From Gnetum montanum (lineage: Eukaryota > Plantae > Gnetophyta), in contig MNCI01001825.1 of the NCBI GenBank assembly GCA_015680685.1, forward strand, positions 1,222,642-1,286,641: DNA of 64,000 nucleotides, read 5' to 3'. Below the pieces are notes generated by a model. It saw only the letters and a program-made list of their open reading frames with translations. It was not told the DNA's origin and did not search any database. A program made the translations under genes and the position numbers. The stretch's first letter is position 1. The number at the start of each line of letters is the position of its first letter. Below, one piece after another: positions 23,823 through 39,058 of the stretch.

Positions 23823-26800
23823 CAATGTCTAGCTCATCGAGTAATCTGTTGGGTTGGCTTCAAACTCTGTCACTCCAGAATCCATGCTCGTGGAAATCTT
23901 CTTCCTTGGACATGACGGTGCACTTACTCTGGGAGTTCTCGCGCTGCTGCTGTCGAAGTGGCTGAGTGTACAGGAGGGTGAGAGCAGGCAGGAAGGTGAT
24001 AGAGCCTCTGGAGAATCCACATGAAGGCATAGCCCTCATACTCCCGTCAGTGGGACCAAGGTCGATCTGCTCAGTGCTCAATTTTGTTTATTTGTGTTTT
24101 TGAATAATTTTGGCATTGAAGGGTAACATGTGAAACCATTAATGATACATTGATACGACATATGATCTTTTGATGATTCTTAGATGGTGAGATTGGCGAG
24201 AAAGTGAGGGTCCCTGGATGCTCGGATCATCACCACTATGGGAGTCATCGAACATGCCGTTTTTCCCATTGCGGCCATACTACTTTCTGCCTGCACTACC
24301 GAACCAGACCTCTGGTAGCACAAGCTTGCCAGCAAATGTCAACAGCGGTGCTAGTTAGCTACCAAGATGGTGATCGCCAAAATTATGTGCCTCTACATCA
24401 TCGTGGAGCTTCTCTATCTCGGCAACTACAATTCCACCAATTCCCACATCAAGGAGTCATCAAAATATGAGGACGATGCGCCACTAGCTTTATGCAATCT
24501 GAATCCTAATCTGAATCGCAATGATACTCCGTTTCTGTTATCTTTGTTGTCACCAATGCAGCATCATTTCTTGGAGGTGAAGCCACGAACACATTTCCAG
24601 TTGAGCCAAGAGCACGAAATTCTCATGTGCCCACCAGAAAACATACTAATAACACAAGCCTTGATTCAATTGCTAACATGTTTTACTGCTTCTTGACCAA
24701 AAATGATGGCTTTTTACAGTGTCGTGGGTTTCTACCAATGCCGGTGACGAATAACACTTTACAACTTATGAGAAATATTTTGCAAGAAATGAAAATACTT
24801 TATAATAAAATATCAATGTTGTTAATTGCATGACTCAACCAATGCATGCTGGAACACACCATGTTCCAACCCCCACCAGTCAATCAACATCCAGATTTAT
24901 AAAGTCCAAGAACCTCTTAGTAGCACCAAGTTTTCTCCGATCATGAAACTGATCGATAGATGTTCATAGCATTGTATTGTAACCTTGAAATTCATGATCC
25001 ATAGATGTTCATAGCATTGTATTGTAACCTTGAAACCCCTAGAGTGTCTTTATCTTCTCTTAAAATTTAAAAGAGTAAGTTTTCTTTTCCCGAAATTGCA
25101 AATCCCCCCACTTTGATCAACAATAGCAATCGACACACCTAACCACCGAAGAAACAAGGGACATGGTTTTTCCCACAAAATTTGTTTCCTACAATAACCT
25201 TAAATTGACCTACTCTTTCTGCAACAAGTTTCATAAAAAATAAACCTTCTTCATGCTATTAAGCCTAAAAAACAATCATGACTCCATATGCTGGTATGAT
25301 AGTTGGAAAATGCTACCCCGAACATGTTCATTTCTATTGGTTTCGATAGACTCCTTAACCTATAAATGAGAAAGGATTTGTTGACTATCTCTTGCCTACC
25401 TCTTGCCTACATCTTCATTAGTAACAATAGACCTCACCACATTGTGTGATGGCCTTCCAAGGCCTTTATGACCAGCATGCGATACAACATTCTTGCTATC
25501 ATATTGACCTGTTTTCTAGGCTTCCTCTTAGTTTGTATATTGACACCTATTGCTAGGATTAGCAATAGAGTAATTTTTATCTTGTGGATGTTCTCATTAA
25601 CTCCATGGGGATGCTTGGAAAGGCAACGTCATTGCATTGCAGGCTATGAGAAAGAATTGTGAATGTCTAGTGATAGGAAGGTGATGACAAAGTGCAAATC
25701 TACAAATCTTGAGTTTGTGGGGCAGCAAAGGATCCCACAAGCATTGGATCCATAGACACAATTGACCCATTAGGCTAATGCTTGATGAACTACCATTACA
25801 TTCTAAATCACATGTGCATATGGCCCAAGTTTATTACCTTTCTCCATTGTTGGCAAGGCTTCTTTGTGTACAAAACCTACATGCATGTTGTTTAGTGCTG
25901 CAGATGGTTATCTTTCATTATTATTTGGTTGTTGATGTTGGTGGTTGTTTCCTTTATTATGGAGAGTTTCATAGAGCATGAGGTAGATATGTATCCCTAC
26001 TTCATGTATATTTAGCAAGTGTTCAAAGAATTCTTAAAGATTTCCATTTGGAGGAACATCCCATGTGGCCTCTTCAACATAATTTTCCATAGTAACTTGG
26101 CATCCTCTAACACATGGACATAGATCTAATCTCCATGACTTGAAAAATTAGTATGTATTTGATTTTCAATTATCAATTATTCACCATAGTAGTTGGCAAT
26201 GCTTTCCAACATTTTCTTAGACCAAACCTTCACTAGTCGCACTAGCAAACAAAGCCAAACCACATACTTTAGATAGTGTGCATAGTCCTTGGCTTTTCTA
26301 GTTGCATAAGAAGGAAGCTAGAATTCCATTGTTCAACCTACATGATAATGTTGCCAATGTGTTAGGCTAACATCACTTCAACCACATGCATGTTAGCTTC
26401 TTTAGCAAATTCTAAAAAAATATGTACTACCCTAAATTGGGGCCAACTCTAGTACTCCACCACCTTAGAAAATTACATTCCTGGAACCTAGGTCTAAAAA
26501 TTTGGAAATGGATGCTTTTCTAGGAAATGTTCTCATCAGCGTGTGTTGTAATTGTTTCTGCTAATTACAGAGAGCTTTCTCTGAAATTTTGATTTTGAAA
26601 TCCTTGTCAATTTGTTCAATGTAGAAATCAATTTCCTTCTTTAGCACCTCTCTCTACCTCCAACCTATATGTATCTTTAAGTGGCTTCGCATAGGAAGGC
26701 ATCCTAGCCCTAGACAAAGATGTATCTTTATCCAAGAGTGTACCAACCACAATGGTGGCAGCCATCATAGTAGCACTACAACTATATAAGCACCAACATC

Positions 26801-29800
26801 AAATGGAAGTCAATCTCACAATTACTAAAGGAAGTCAAACTATCCAATCTTATCCATTAGCATATATTACCTCCTACTTAGAACTGGATTTATTCTAGAT
26901 TTATCATATTATTTTGATGACAATGATTACATCCAACTACCTATACATGTATTCAAACATCTTGTTTCTTTACCCAAAGGTGAAATTCCTAGATTCATTG
27001 TCTATTCTATTTATGAAACTAAAATTGAAATTAATTTTAATTACATTTTAAACTAGATGAACCTATTGAATAGTTTAATTTCAATAATCTTTTGCATAAT
27101 GCCTCTATATCTCAATAGTATGTTTGGATTAAACTGTGACTTGTAAGATGCAAACCACATACCTTACCTAAACATACCTTGATATTATTTTAAACATTAC
27201 ATTATGTAAAATACCCCAATACTTCAAAGTCATATTTTAAGGTGGTTCCTTTTACAACATTGGATAACAAGGATATAACATGAGTATAATATAAGAACAA
27301 ACAAAACTACGACTTCATTGATATTCAACAATCTTCCTCCATCATAATTCCAACATCAATTGTTGATTATTTTTGAACTTGAATGAGAGAATGCATGTTA
27401 GAAATAGTGTGAATGTGTGGTCTCTTACCACACTTATCCATAATTTTTTCTTTTCTATGTTGAGTAGGGTCATAGCGACAACTATGGTCTTTACTTTTAT
27501 GTTGCTGGACCATGTAGGAGTTATAAGTATTTTTGGTTTTGAAGTTGAAGATCATAAAAGAAGGTAAGGTTGAAAGTAAATCCAAAAAAGGAAAGAGGGG
27601 CCAAAGGATCTTCATGTTGAGCCCATGGCAATAAGGGAAAATCCTCCTACCAAAAAGTATAAGTAGGGATGAAATCCTCTTCTTTGTAGTTGCTAAGAGC
27701 ATTTACATTGAATAGAATAAGACCTCTCCCTTTATTTAATTATTTGCAAGTCTCTTTGTGTGTTGGAGATCTCCTAGCTTTATTTGCTTTCTCTCTATTT
27801 CTTGCATTCTTGCAAGAATGGTTCTCCCAATTAAGAAGTGAATCCCTTCCATGAATAATTCTTACAAAGTCTCTCATGCAAGTTTTCTCCCATGAATTTT
27901 TATATGTTTTCACATTAATTCATAAGTTTCTCTCAATTCTCACATAATTTTTCTTACAATCAAGTTTCTCATATGTTCCTTACATTGTTGATATGTTTAT
28001 GCATGTTTACTTTGAAGATCAAGAAAAAGAATTGCTATGTGTGTTAAGGTTTGAATATAATTAAAGTGTTTGAAAGAAATTGACTTGGATCTCTCATTCC
28101 CATGCTTAAATGTCTCCATTGTTGAAAGGATTTGCTCTCTTAAGCATCAAAACCAAGTTTATCATCCTTATTTCCTCTATATTTCATGTCTATCATCTTT
28201 TAAAGTTGGAGTTTCATGCCCACTTATATAATTTAATGTAAAAAACTCTACAAATTTGTGTTGAGCATTATTCAAGCCTTGATTGTTTGACTTGAACAAA
28301 GATTTGAAGAATTTAATGTTATTCTCATGCTTTGGAATACATCTCTATCAAGTTTGGTGGATTTCCTCATGCTTCTTGTCAAGTCATGTTCTTTTCATGT
28401 TTCTAGGGCTTTAAACTTATGTTATTGAATGTATTTCTCACAAATTGTTGAGTAAAACCATAGATTCTAAGTCTAATTTACCTTGTGAGGACTCTTAACA
28501 CTAGATTAAGCTTGTAATTGCAGAATTATTTCATTTTAAGTTTCTTTAACTATGTTTTTGTTTTAATGCTAGAAGACTATGACCCCACAATAACTAATGC
28601 CTAGTCATAGTCTAGATGAAGAGTTCAAAGGACAAGTTTGGATAGTTGTAGCCAACCCATGCCCAAGTTCTAGCTAGAATAGAGCTCATGGCTAACTTAT
28701 AGTAGATCATGTAGCATTTTTCTTGCATCAAGCCTATGATAGAGGTCATGCTTGAGTCACAATAGAATAGCATTGAGGTTTTATTACTAAAAGTTCTAGA
28801 ATAAATGTCATTATGAACTTTTCACATTTATGCTAGGATCATGCTTAAGTTACAAGAAGCCAAGGAGAGACATTGTATTTTGTGGTGAGGCCATGGCCTT
28901 CTTTTTCTTTTAGAAGTTGTGTAGACTGTGATTGACCATCATGTCACAGTTCAAATGCAACCTATTTTAAAGCTTACAACTAGGTCATGGCCACTCTTCA
29001 AGCCTTTTTTATCTCTAGGGCTTGCTTTACTACTATCATGGCCTCCACATCATTGTTGCACCTTTGACAATGTGCACTACCTTGTGAGGAACATCTTTGT
29101 ATGAATCGGTCTACCACTAAGATGGTCTCTTAATGACATATATAGAAGAGAATACCAATTCAACATACATACATACATACATATATATTCAAAATGTCTA
29201 AACATGTCTAGCACACACCAACAAACTCAACACATAGTGGGTTGAATAGACAACAATGAACAAACCAAATACAATGAAGACAAGGAGTAATTACAACATG
29301 CTACAATTCATGGTATTAGGAGAATCATAAATCTTGTTCAAAATGTATCAAAATATAATGAATCATTTACAATAATAATGTAATCAGGGCATTTGACATT
29401 CCCTTATCTACTATGACACTTCTACTTAGGTAAACTTGGCTTGCCAAAAATGATGCCCCTTTTCTTCATGTGTGTTGATGGTCCTTTGCACTTGTAGTTG
29501 ATCCAAGCAATAGTCATCCACTCCCCTTCCTAATTTTCCAATCTAACATTTATTTTTTTCATTTCCACTTTATATTATATATTTTTGAAGATATGTTTTA
29601 CATGTATTTTATTCTTATAATGATACTAAATTCAACTTTCTACACAAAGTTAATCATCATCATCATCCTAGCCTTGTCCTAACAAAAAGGGGCTTAGCTA
29701 TTTCTATGCAAAGTTTATCCTTGTGAATTAATTTATTTTTAATGTTAAATCAAATAAATTTGTAATTTACAATTGTGGAGCTAGCAATGCCTACAAAGGC

Positions 29801-30613
29801 TAGGTGATGGATTTATAATCTCAAAGTCGCAAGCCCTAGTTCTTATCACCTAGGATAAAATGAAATCTTATAACAAAGTCCATAATTTTCTCAACATGGA
29901 AGTATGAGATGAGTCATTAGCTATGATAGTGCATGTATTTTTCTTAACTAGGCACATATTTGAATGTATTAAATTTCTTGTTGGATTGATATAGTACAAT
30001 TGGATCTTGAGATGCTATTTTCTAAGATACTTTAACCTTGCTAACCAACTTAGTTCAAACTCAAATATAAAAATAACAATGCAAAAAAATAAAATAAAAA
30101 AAATTGATTAGTTTCATGATTTTGCATAATTAGAGTCACATCCACTTTACTAATATGGTGTAGATAGGTTTGCTTATTATTTGACANNNNNNNNNNNNNN
30201 NNNNNNNNNNNNNNNNNNNNNNNNNNNNNNNNNNNNNNNNNNNNNNNNNNNNNNNNNTTTAGATAAACCTCAAAAAGCATGTTTAAATTTAATGAAACAA
30301 AGCCACTTACACTATGTACATTAGAGAGGAAGAGGAGAGAGGTAAAACATGACCAAAATGCCTCTCTTTGGATGTAGAGCAATATAGTCAATTAGGATAT
30401 AGAAATAAAAAATGGTATGCAAGGATAGCAAAAGGTGCTAACAAACAAAACAAGGAAGAGAAATTCACCCAGTAGTGGCCACACAAAAGAGAAATAGAAA
30501 GAACTTGAACTAGCAAATGGTTGAATGGAGTAGTGTTCAAAATCTACCAAATCTATAGTGGAGATGGTTGTAACTTCTTGTAGTGGGTATATAGTAGAAT
30601 GTGTTTTGGATAA

Positions 30614-32674
30614 TGTACCATCTGAAATTGTTGACGTAAAGCTGGAGGAAAATGAATGCTGAAAGATCTCGAAAGAGATACAACTGACCCTACCTTCGCG
30701 TGAGGGCAAGCTGGAAAAAAAATGAAGGCAAGGTGCCTTGGATGGTCTGCATGCAAATCAACCAAGGACTTCTTCAAGGGTACGCTATGGCCTACGCTGG
30801 GGTTATCGCCATGAAATATAAAATGGAGAGTGTAATGCAACGAAACGTGAACGTGAATATAACGTGTAAACGTAAACAAAATGTATGCAGAAATGTACAA
30901 TGAAATGAGATAATGCAAACAATGAACCAGAATAGCACAACGGAAGGCAAAATGAACTATGTTATATTAATTAACAAGATGTGCACTAGTCAAAACGTAG
31001 TTGCGTTGCAAGTCGAATGTTAAGCTTTGATGTGAGGTGTTTGCAGGCACTGGGGATCACATGCGTCCGGGCTTAGGATTGCTAGTTTTCTTTCTCCAAA
31101 TTTCCAACCTCGTTTATGTCAATGAACAGGGTATTTATACATTTTGCTAGGCTCGGGAGTAGAATTCGTGAATGAGGTCAATGGCTGTGATATGAGAGAA
31201 AAACGGATCATGTGACAGGTGTTCAATGCACAACTGTGCGTGAATTGGATGTACGTAGGTGAACTACGTTTTAGACCGGATACACTGTATCTTACAATCT
31301 ATTTTAGCTTGTGTAATTTGTAGCGTAAGAGCTTGACCAGCTCAAAAATGTGAAAAATTTACAATGACTAATAATGTACAACAAGAGCATTTGCCTCTGG
31401 CTCGCTTGGAATTTCTGAATCTGTGAACCGACTACTGCTGAAAGTGTTTTTGCTACACTAAGGTCGCCAGCATGATTTGATCTTGTCCTGGCATGCTCTC
31501 AGTGCATGTCTGAAGTGCTTTTGCTTGGTCATGACTAGTGCTCACGTTGGACTCATGTTGCTAGTGTGACCTCAGCGTCACCTCAGTGTGACTAACAAAA
31601 AATAATGCATTTTGGATCAAAATTCCACCTTTAAGACAAGTTTTTGAAGTGTAACTACTACTTGACCTTGAGGATGTCCTGCATGTTTAATTTGAACCTG
31701 TTTGTGCTTGGATATAGGCCACTTTTGGCAGCTCATGCTGGGCTCACGTTGTCAATGTGACCTCAGCATGACGTGGGCCTGAGCAAGCTAGGATGGTACA
31801 TTTCACACCAAATCTTGGTCTTTGAGACCTGTCTTTCAAGTGTAACTACTACCTGACCTTGGGGACATCCTGCATGTTTAATTTGAACCTGTCTATGCTT
31901 GGATTTAGGCCACTTTTGGTAGCTCACGCTGGGCTCACACTGTCAGCGTGACCTCAACGTGACCTGGGCGTGAGTGCTAAAAACGGTGTATTTTTGGACC
32001 TGAAATTAGAATTCTGAGGGTTGGGACCTAGAGTAATCATTAGTGGACCTTAAGGAGGCCTTGTACCTTTGCAGTCAGGACATTTTAACACTGTTTTGAG
32101 GCTATTTTGAGTCACTCACGTTGGACTCATGCTACCAGTGTAACTTCGGCTTGAGTGACGAAAATGAACATTTTTGGAGTTGAAATCTAAAGTTCTGGAG
32201 GCTGGGAGTTGCAATGATCATCCGTAAACTTCAAAGGTTTCTTGCATTGCTTAGATTCAGATCATTTTGGCTTCATTTTAAGGCTCTGGAAGTTACTCAC
32301 ACTGTACTCATGTTGGACTCATGCTAGCAGCATGACCTGGGCATGACCTCAGTGTGAGTGGCAAGATTTGTGCAAGTTTGACTTGAAACCTTGGCTTCTG
32401 GATGCTGAAACTTGGGGTAATCATCAATGGGACTCAAGGGGGCCTTTCCCATTCAAAATGGAACTATTTTGACCTGATTTGAGGGCTTTGAAGGTTGTGC
32501 ATGCTGCATGCACACTGTACGCATGCTGCACATATGTTGGTAGCATGACTTGAGCATGGCTTCAGTGTGCATGACAAGATTCATGCACATTAGTCCAATT
32601 TTTGAACTTCTGGATGTTGATGCACTAGTTTGTTCTTATTTCAAAGTGTTAAGCTAAAATTTTGTGGTGTTTCA
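30614..32674 (-). repeat. Element B 3' LTR (2061 bp)
   Basis: Colinear with 47867-49960. On the minus strand it starts TGAAACACCA and ends GGTACA. PPT complement CCCTCTTT at 32680-32687. Confidence 0.95.
31530..32600. repeat. Degenerate ~190-bp subrepeats (about 6) in the element B LTR U3 (also 48800-49880)
   Basis: Recurring block GCTCACGCTGGGCTCACGCTGTCAGCGTGACCTCAGCGTGACC at roughly 31540, 31730, 31920, 32115, 32295 and 32500. Confidence 0.8.
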
Positions 32675-33851
32675 TTGGTCCCTCTTTGTTGACGTTTGGA
32701 GGAATCCACTTGAGAGGCATCAACAAAGAAGTACAAAACACCACGATTGACCTGGTATCAAGCATTGTCTATCGGCCCCTGGCTGGATGTCATCGCACCA
32801 TGTTCAAAAATACATTGGATTTACAGAAACAAGGTTGTAACTGGGAGATTAGGGATTGATCAAAGGGTGTCATTGTCTGAACTACATGAGAGAAATGCTC
32901 TCATGTGAATGAGCCAGTTTTTGATCCTTGTCAACAACCAATATATAGCAGACTTGCAACCAAGGCATAGGAGGTGCATTCTTTGGAGAAATGGGGCCCT
33001 TGTGTCATGTTTAAGGGAGTCTATTGTAAACAACCAAAGCCACGCAATGATATGCAACATGATCATTTGAGACACAAGTTTTTTTCCAAGATAGTTACCT
33101 TCTCACCTAGGGCTTGTATGAGAAGAGCCAATGATCTTTGGTCTATGATAAAAACAAGGTCATGAAGACCTTTTTCGGGCATTTTGCTCTTTGACCTTTT
33201 TGTTCCTTTTCTTTTCTTATTTTCCTATTTGTTTTTTCCTTTTGTTTTTGCTTTATTTTGTCTTTATTTTTCTTTTTCTCTTTGGTCTTTTTGAAAGAGC
33301 TTGCTTTTAGTGCTGTGCTCGTGTTCGGGTGCTTGAATTTTGGATCATGCATTGTGTATTGTGTTTAGCATTGCAATTGCTTAAAGAGTCACAGTATGCA
33401 AGAGTGTATCAAGAGTTTTGAGCTGAGTGGAATGTATCTAGGGGATGTAATTGAATAGGATAATTGGGACATGATAGGGAAATGGGGAATGTATCAGGAG
33501 TCAGGAATGTACTTATGAATAGATTGATTAACCCAGTTGCGTGTGTCAAGAAGTATGTGACACCCTATCATCATGATGAAGTGCATCTGTGCACGAACAC
33601 CTTAGGTGTGTCATCTTGCAAACACAACTCCAAGAAGACAAGAAAAACACAAATGAATCAGTTAACTAAGCACTTTAGACATGGAGATGGAGCCACCATG
33701 TGCAATTTCAAAGCAAACAAAAATCATGAGCAGCATCAGCTTTATCAGGGTCCACGAGACAAATTATGCAGCAAGTCTTTGTGGAACATGAACATGAACA
33801 GCCAATGGTAGCAACACATCTTTTCAAATTTTTCCTGGTCATCAATGATGT

Positions 33852-34197
33852 CGCTATTTTATAGTCTTAGTGGACTATTGTGGATTAGTTTAACATCATA
33901 ATCCTTTGGATGTTGCCAGTTTATCGTTGTAGCGGACGACGTAGTGCTAGTTTATAGTCATGGCGGACTATGAAGAGACAAGCTAGTTTATAATCTTAGT
34001 GGGCTTTGGTGGACGAGCGTGGTAGTTTAGTGTCATACTAGATAAAGCTCTGTGATGTTATTTTACTGTCATGATGCCAGGATGTTCTGTGGTGCTAGTT
34101 TGAAGTCATAGCTCCAGGACTATTTGGTGGTATCAGTTCTAGGTCGTGATGCCAGGACCGTTCTGTGGTATCAGTTTTAGGTCATGATGCCAGGACC
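33852..34197 (-). repeat. Element B 3' UTR motif array homologous to element A 13083-13595
   Basis: Plus-strand units such as ccagtttatcgttgtagcggacga and ctagtttatagtcatggcggacta are the reverse complement of TCCGCYAYGAC..TAAACTRG. Confidence 0.8.
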
Positions 34198-34216
34198 GAA
34201 GCGTACCTTAAGCTCA

Positions 34217-37200
34217 TCAAACGTAGTATGATTTTAGGTACATGTGATTCGTAGGATTAGCGAACTTGTTTCTGTTTATGTCAATGAGTTTGAATGCCCC
34301 GTTATCATATGCCTTTGTGACTAAGTAAGGCCCTTCCCAGTTAGCTAAAAATTTGTTCGAGTGTTCGTGGACCACCTTGAGAACTAGATCACCTTCCTTG
34401 ATCGGCCACTTATCTGGATTATGTTGATGATGTCACTGTTGTTGTCTCTAATACCATTCAATTTAATCAAGTGCTTGTGCCCTTTCTTCTTCCACCCAAT
34501 CAAGGTTAGCAATGCATAGCTCATTGTTATGGCTTTCATTGAGGAGGCTAAATAGCGTTATTCGCAACCAAGAACTTGTAACTCCAAAGGTAAGATAGCT
34601 TCAGATCCATATACAAGGCTATATGGTGTTTTACCTATGGATGTTCGATGCATTGTTTGGTATGCCCATAATGCATAGATTAACTACTCATGCCACCATC
34701 TCTTGCTCTAATTCAACATATTTTTGAACACCATGAAAACTATTTTGTTCATAGACTGCGCTTGGCCATTTATCTGTGGGTAATAGGGTGATGAAAATGA
34801 GTGTTTAATACCTAGGCTTTCACAGAAGCTTTTAGTATCCGTACTACTAAACTGTGGTCCATTATTGGTGACTATGGTCATTGGGATACCAAAGTGGATC
34901 ACGATGTTTTATAATATGAATTTTCAAACATGTTTAGATGTGGTTTCCCTAAGGGGGATAGCTTCTACCCATTTTGTGAAATATTTGATTGTAGTGATGA
35001 TGAAACTCTATCTTGCTGAAGATGGTGGTGTTATCAGCTAAATGATGTCTAATTCCCATTTTTTGGAATGGCCATGTGATTTGTGTAGTATGCAATTCAT
35101 TAGGTGGCACATATATTAGGTTACTGTGCCTTTGGAAAATGTTGCATTTCCTGACCCTGGAGAAGTAATCGTACTCCATGTGTGGCCAGTAGTAGCCCAA
35201 ATGTCTAATTTTCATTGCCATTACTTTGGGTGCTATATGCCCTCTGCAATGTCCTTTGTGAACCTATTCCATGATTTTTTGGCCATCGATGCTATTAACA
35301 CACACTAAAAAAATGCCTTCATAGGATCTGCGACATAATGTGTCTCCTATTAATGCATATTGCTCAGAGTGTTTTTGCACCGCGTCCTTTTGGGCACTCA
35401 TCAAATGTTGTGGCGGTTTACCTTGTAGAAGGTACTCTTTTATGTCATCATACCATTCTATTGCTTGTGTAGTGTTGACAGACACTATGGGTATTTCATC
35501 GAGAGCGTTGGTTATAGGTTTGGCACAATTTTTTATAGAACTAGGCAACACATGGAACATCCCAGGTGTCATGTTTAAGGCTAGTGTATCAAGTGCATCG
35601 ACGATGGTATTTTCATTCCTAAAAACATGTTGCACCTCTATGTTGATCAATTTTTTCAGCAAGTGTTTAGTCAGGTCATAGTATGGTTGCAAATGAGAAG
35701 CCTTGCATGCGTAAAACTCTGTGACTTGATTAATTACTAACTGTGAGTTACCTCGAACTACAAGACGTGTGATTCTCAAAGTTAGTGCTGCTATAAGACC
35801 TCTAAGAAGACTTTTATACTCTGCCATGTTATTGGTATAAGGGAAGGTTAGTCGATAGGCAAAGGGTCAAATTTATTCAGAGGGATATGTTATGATGGCT
35901 ACAACACTTCCTCCTTGGGAAGTTGAAGCTCCATCAAAGTAAAGGATTGCATCGTAGTCATTAGGCATAGTGTTGATGCTGTTAATGCTTTCATCAGGGA
36001 ATTCAAGGTTGATTGTCACTTGATCTTATGTTGGTGAAGCGGTCAATTGATTAACTACTGCTTGACCTTTAGTGGAGGATTGAGTTACATAGCATAGGTA
36101 AAACTTAGTGATCATTGCTTTCCATCTAGCTATCCTACTTGATTTGTAGATGTTGTTAGTGATAGCTCTAAGCACATTATCCTTGCAAATGATATAGACT
36201 TGGTTACGGAAGAGATAATGTCACCACTTCTTCAAGGAAAAGATTAGGGTAAGACATGATCTCTCTACATCATTGTATCATTGTTCGTAGGTAATTAAGG
36301 CATGGCTTAAATAGTACACGGGAATCTTGATTCCATCTTCTAATTTTTGGCAAAGCATGGATGTAATAGATGTATCGGATGTTGCAAGGTAGATGTAAAA
36401 AGGTTTATCACTTTGCAAGGGATGAACTATTGGCAATTGAGCCAACTCCATTTTTATGTTTTCAAATGTTTCCTAGCACTGTTTAGTCCACTGGAAATGC
36501 ACATTCTTTCATAGTAGGTGTTGCATGGGTTTTAACTTATCCATTAGTTTCAAGCATCTAATGAATTGTAGTCTACCCTGCAGACCATGTAATTCGGTAA
36601 GGTTCCTGGGTGGTTGCATACTAGTTATTGCTTTAACCTTATTGGGGTCTACTTGTATCCCTGTTTTAGAGACTACAAAGTGAAGCATTTTACCCATTTT
36701 AACTCCGAAGACACATTTCTTTGGGTTAAGTCTGAGGTTGTGTTTAAGACAACGTTTGAGCACTAAGTCTAGATCTTTTACATGTTGGTCAGTTGTTTTA
36801 GACTTGAACATGATGCCATCTACATAATCGTTGAGCAAATCAAGCATGTAATCACTAAATATGTATGTCATTGCTTGTTGATACGTAGCACCTACATTTT
36901 TAAGGCTAAATGACATCATTGTATAGCAGAATGTACCCCAAGGTGTCATGAAGGTTGTTCTGAGTTGATGCTCTGGATTGATTCTTATTTGATTATATCC
37001 CAAAAATCCATCCATAAAGGATAACAATGCATGCCTAGCAGTTGTGTCAATGAGTTGATCAATGCTGGGTAGTGGGAAGTCATCCTTTATAGTGGTTGTG
37101 TTGAGATCATGAAAGTCAATGCATATGTGTATACTACCATTTTTCTTAGGGACTACAACAATGTTTGATATCCAGTCAGAATAGTCAATAGCCTAGATGA

Positions 37201-37687
37201 AACCAGCTTAATAGAGCTTTGCGATTTCATCACAGATTGCTAACGCTACCTCAGGTCCAACCTTTCATGCTTTTTGTTTCACAAATTTAATTTGTTCATC
37301 AAGAATGATATTATGTTAGATGATTCGAGGGTCCAATCTTGGGATGTCAGTATAAGACCACGCAAACGTCTTTATGTTGTCTCTCAAAACCTGAGTGATA
37401 TCACTAGAGAGTTGTGTGTCTAGTAAGGCACTTAATTTTAATGTTCTAGTTTTATCACTGGAAGTGGTAATAGAGATCTTAGTAAGAGGATCCTCAGTGA
37501 TATTTTCAGCCTCTAGATCTAGAGTCCTCATCATGTTTTCAGACCAGTCCAACATTTCTTGCATGGTTGCTATTAAATCTGTGTAGGCGGATGGGTCTAG
37601 ATCCAAGGATTCTAGATTGATTATCCTTGTTACTTCTCCATGTGGTCCTTTGAGAGATAATGTTGATATGTTATTCTTGGTTGCCAT
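34217..37687 (-). pseudogene. pol: Element B pol: RT-RH-aRH-INT (disrupted)
   Basis: ORF fragments 37316-37687, 36509-37027 (MDGFLGYNQI, YVDGI), 35264-35827 (aRH AEYKSL, VRGNSQLVI) and 34708-34902 (INT VTNNGPQF). It ends NHMYLKSYYV*, like element A NHIYLKRYYI*. Confidence 0.95.
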
Positions 37688-39058
37688 GGTGTTGCTCCTG
37701 CCAATTTATACCAGGTGCAAAGTGAGCAACATTTTCTTGATGAAGAAGGTTTTAAACGTAGATGAGTTTCACATGATTAGTCTAACAAAATTGTGGAATG
37801 TAATGGAAATTTTAGGCCATACTGGGCCATCCATGGTAGTTTTAGACCATATCGGGCCAATGATGTCCTTGCTATTTTTTTATGTTATACGTAGGTATAT
37901 ATAGTACTATTAACTACCAAGTTTTTGTGTGAATAATTAATTTGTAAGAGATTTTTATTGGATTGTAAAAATAAGACTACAAAAAAGTATAATTATAATG
38001 AAAGATAAAACAAAATAAAGCGAAAGGTAGTCATAACATGGATGAAAATGAAATAAAATGTGTGAACAAGGTGGATTTTAAAAAAAAGGTTTCAAAGTGA
38101 ATGAATGTCATTTATGTCTTTATTGGGAAAGCGATGGCGTGACCAACGTGAGAAAACTTCCATAGCGTGAGCAAGCAGCATGACCACAATACGGAGCATG
38201 AGTAGTGTGAGTGATGTCATGAGCAGCCAAAATGATGAGGGGAAAGGGGAAGAAGTAGGGTAACTTGTCGTTCATGGAGGATGAGAAGGCATTATTTTTA
38301 GCATTGATTGGGGCATGAATATCTATTGTGAGGCATACGTGGGAGTTTAAGGGGCTTTGGGCAGCATGATGGAGGGTTTTATATGACGTTACAGGGCATG
38401 CGAGGAGTGGTAAGTTTGGTGTCGAGCTTAGGGAGATGCAGGGCATGGCATGAGCTGCTGTGGAGAGAAAGTGCAGGAGAATGCCTAGAGAAAAGAGTCA
38501 TTTTGTGCCTAGGCATTGGTGTCCCATAGAAAACTAATTTTTTTTCCTGGGCATGAGCACACCCAGAGAAGACTAATTTTTTCCTAGGCGTGAGCACGCC
38601 TAAAGAAAACTGTAATTTTTGGTGTTGGAGCTACTTCCTAGCATTAGCTGCTTTTGCAGCGTAAGTTGTCTCGCAGCATGTGCTGCTTCCAGCATGAGTT
38701 GTCTCATAGCGTGCACTGCTTCCAGCGTGATTTTCCAAGCTGCTGCATGAGTTGTATGGGAGGTTGAGGAGTTATTCAAGATGGCATGAGTTATGGAATG
38801 CTCATTACCTACTGGTGCTATGTCTCTTGGAACAAACGATTTAAATGCTTTTACTGCGAATGTTGGTTTCATGTTGCTTGTAACAAACTAATGTCTAATG
38901 GACCTCAATGTTCCCCAGTGAGTGTCAAATATACCAAATGAACACTAGTGTCCTTGTCTCATGGGGTAGTCTCATGTGTGTTGAATATTATTTGCTTGTT
39001 GGGTTTACTTATTTGCCTATTTTTTTTTAATTTATATGTTTTAATTTACTTACCTAAG

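Noticed and set aside
25300-29100. Possible chromovirus remnant (EEATW-like motif on - near 26070) and LTR-like AT-rich sequence
   Set aside because: Too decayed to define boundaries or confirm domains by eye.
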